Sequence record: MZ475891.1 | Direction: 5' to 3' (one strand) | Length of the DNA stretch: 64,000 bases | In this document: positions 63,051 to 64,000 of the stretch, piece by piece | How positions within the stretch are numbered: position 1 is the stretch's first letter | How the letters are laid out: each line of letters starts with the position of its first letter | The notes under the pieces: model-generated | Databases searched by the model: none | Told to the model about the DNA's origin: nothing | The model's input: only the letters and a program-made list of their open reading frames with translations | Made by a program: the position numbers and the translations under genes

Positions 63051-63647
63051 TTAGTACAGGATTACAGTGCCAGACTCAGGATTGTCGAAGGTAATCGTCA
63101 ACTGGCTGGTGCTGTCATGCACGATAGACTTAGGCTGTACTTCATTCGCACCTTGATAGATACGCACCGCAGGGTTATAACCGAGATTATGCACAACAAC
63201 CCACGTAGCCAGATTCTCATAAGATGCAGTGAATGCAACGGTAGGAGTAGGCAGACCTGACTCAACGCCAGACAACAGTACAGCAGTACCAGCCACGGCA
63301 GAAGGGAAGAGGACAACGATGTTGTTAGCATCATCGGCGTGAATTGAAGACGGCTGTACCACGTCACCATTCTCATCGTAGCACTGTACGATAGGCGTAG
63401 CGGTATTCATCTTGTGGTTAATCTCCCAACGAGACGAAGCAGTAGGTTGCGAGTAGCGAACCATAGTCATCTGTTGAGTTAATGGAACCCAGACAGGAAC
63501 ATCTTCGATAGACACGCAGAACATCAGACGCTTGTCCATGAAGATAGCCATACCAGGCTTAGGGTTAAGAGGCCAGTCAGTCGCTACGTCAAACGCGAAG
63601 TTAGCAAGTGAGCCAAACTCTAAATCAAGAGTCCCTAGGACTTTCAT
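63051..63647 (-). CDS. Structural protein with two W.I.HN.G domains
   Basis: RWEINHKMN... and TWVVVHNLGYNP... Confidence 0.65.
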   Translation of the reverse strand: MKVLGTLDLEFGSLANFAFDVATDWPLNPKPGMAIFMDKRLMFCVSIEDVPVWVPLTQQMTMVRYSQPTASSRWEINHKMNTATPIVQCYDENGDVVQPSSIHADDANNIVVLFPSAVAGTAVLLSGVESGLPTPTVAFTASYENLATWVVVHNLGYNPAVRIYQGANEVQPKSIVHDSTSQLTITFDNPESGTVILY

Positions 63648-63667
63648 AAATCTTTCTCCTGAGAGGT

Positions 63668-63697
63668 AAAAGGGGCAGGCAGAAGCCCACCCCTTTT
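63668..63697 (-). terminator. Rho-independent terminator
   Basis: Minus strand GGGGTGGGC-TTCT-GCCTGCCCC-TTTT. Confidence 0.7.
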
Positions 63698-63710
63698 GTT
63701 TGTGTCGTTA

Positions 63711-64000
63711 TTACTCAGCCGGAGTGTAAGCGTTCGCACCAGTAACGAATGCGATTGCCACTTTCTTCTCGGTGGTCAGTTCAACACGCAGCGTGTTAGC
63801 GTCAACAAACACGACCTCATCAGGGATGATCTGATAGCCGGTATCGTCAACGACGGTAACGGTACCGTATTTGACGCCTGCATTGTGTGCGAAGGTGTGA
63901 GTGGTGTTGGCCACGTCACCGCTTGCAGTTTTGTCGTACTGGTACAGCTTAGCAGCAGAACCGCTTGAGCCAGCAGCAATCGCATCGTCAACATATTTCT
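63711..64000 (-). CDS. C-terminal end of a fibre/structural protein (5' end beyond window)
   Basis: Frame is open to the window edge: KYVDDAIAAG...HTFAHNAG...IIPDEV.F.DAN. Confidence 0.65.
   Translation of the reverse strand, partial: KYVDDAIAAGSSGSAAKLYQYDKTASGDVANTTHTFAHNAGVKYGTVTVVDDTGYQIIPDEVVFVDANTLRVELTTEKKVAIAFVTGANAYTPAE

Noticed and set aside
1-64000. CRISPR array, tRNA or rRNA genes
   Set aside because: No regularly spaced direct repeats and no cloverleaf or rRNA signatures were seen by eye. A tRNAscan-SE run would be needed to exclude tRNAs fully.

Overview
This is 64 kb of a large (jumbo-type) lytic myovirus genome at about 50% GC. Gene style and paralog arrays resemble the 'hairy' jumbo myoviruses of Enterobacterales, but the sequence alone cannot confirm this. 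Positions 1-46406 are almost entirely plus-strand. They hold a DnaB-like helicase (5' end outside the window), an intein-containing terminase large subunit, a probable portal, a 5'-3' exonuclease, nucleotide-metabolism genes (ThyA, dCMP deaminase, MazG-like, HD), Dam, and many small hypothetical genes. Positions 46465-64000 are minus-strand: lysis genes and long arrays of paralogous virion or fibre-like proteins. The most notable signal is a dispersed candidate DNA cytosine carboxymethylation/hypermodification pathway. It comprises a CmoA-like carboxy-SAM synthase, a GT-B glycosyltransferase, a DUF1611 protein and a glutaminase-less amide ligase (12971-16930). About 16 kb away sits a ParB-linked C5-methyltransferase homolog whose motif X carries Arg instead of Asn and whose catalytic Cys is gated by an intein (32412-34547). 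Other signals are a recurrent CTGTAAAT upstream motif, RBS-occluding hairpins, a 45-aa peptide ending like the ribonucleotide reductase redox tail, a frameshifted primase-like gene, a stand-alone sheath C-terminal domain and a u-spanin-like lipoprotein. No tRNA, rRNA or CRISPR array was seen. All family assignments come from motif recognition by eye, not database searches.
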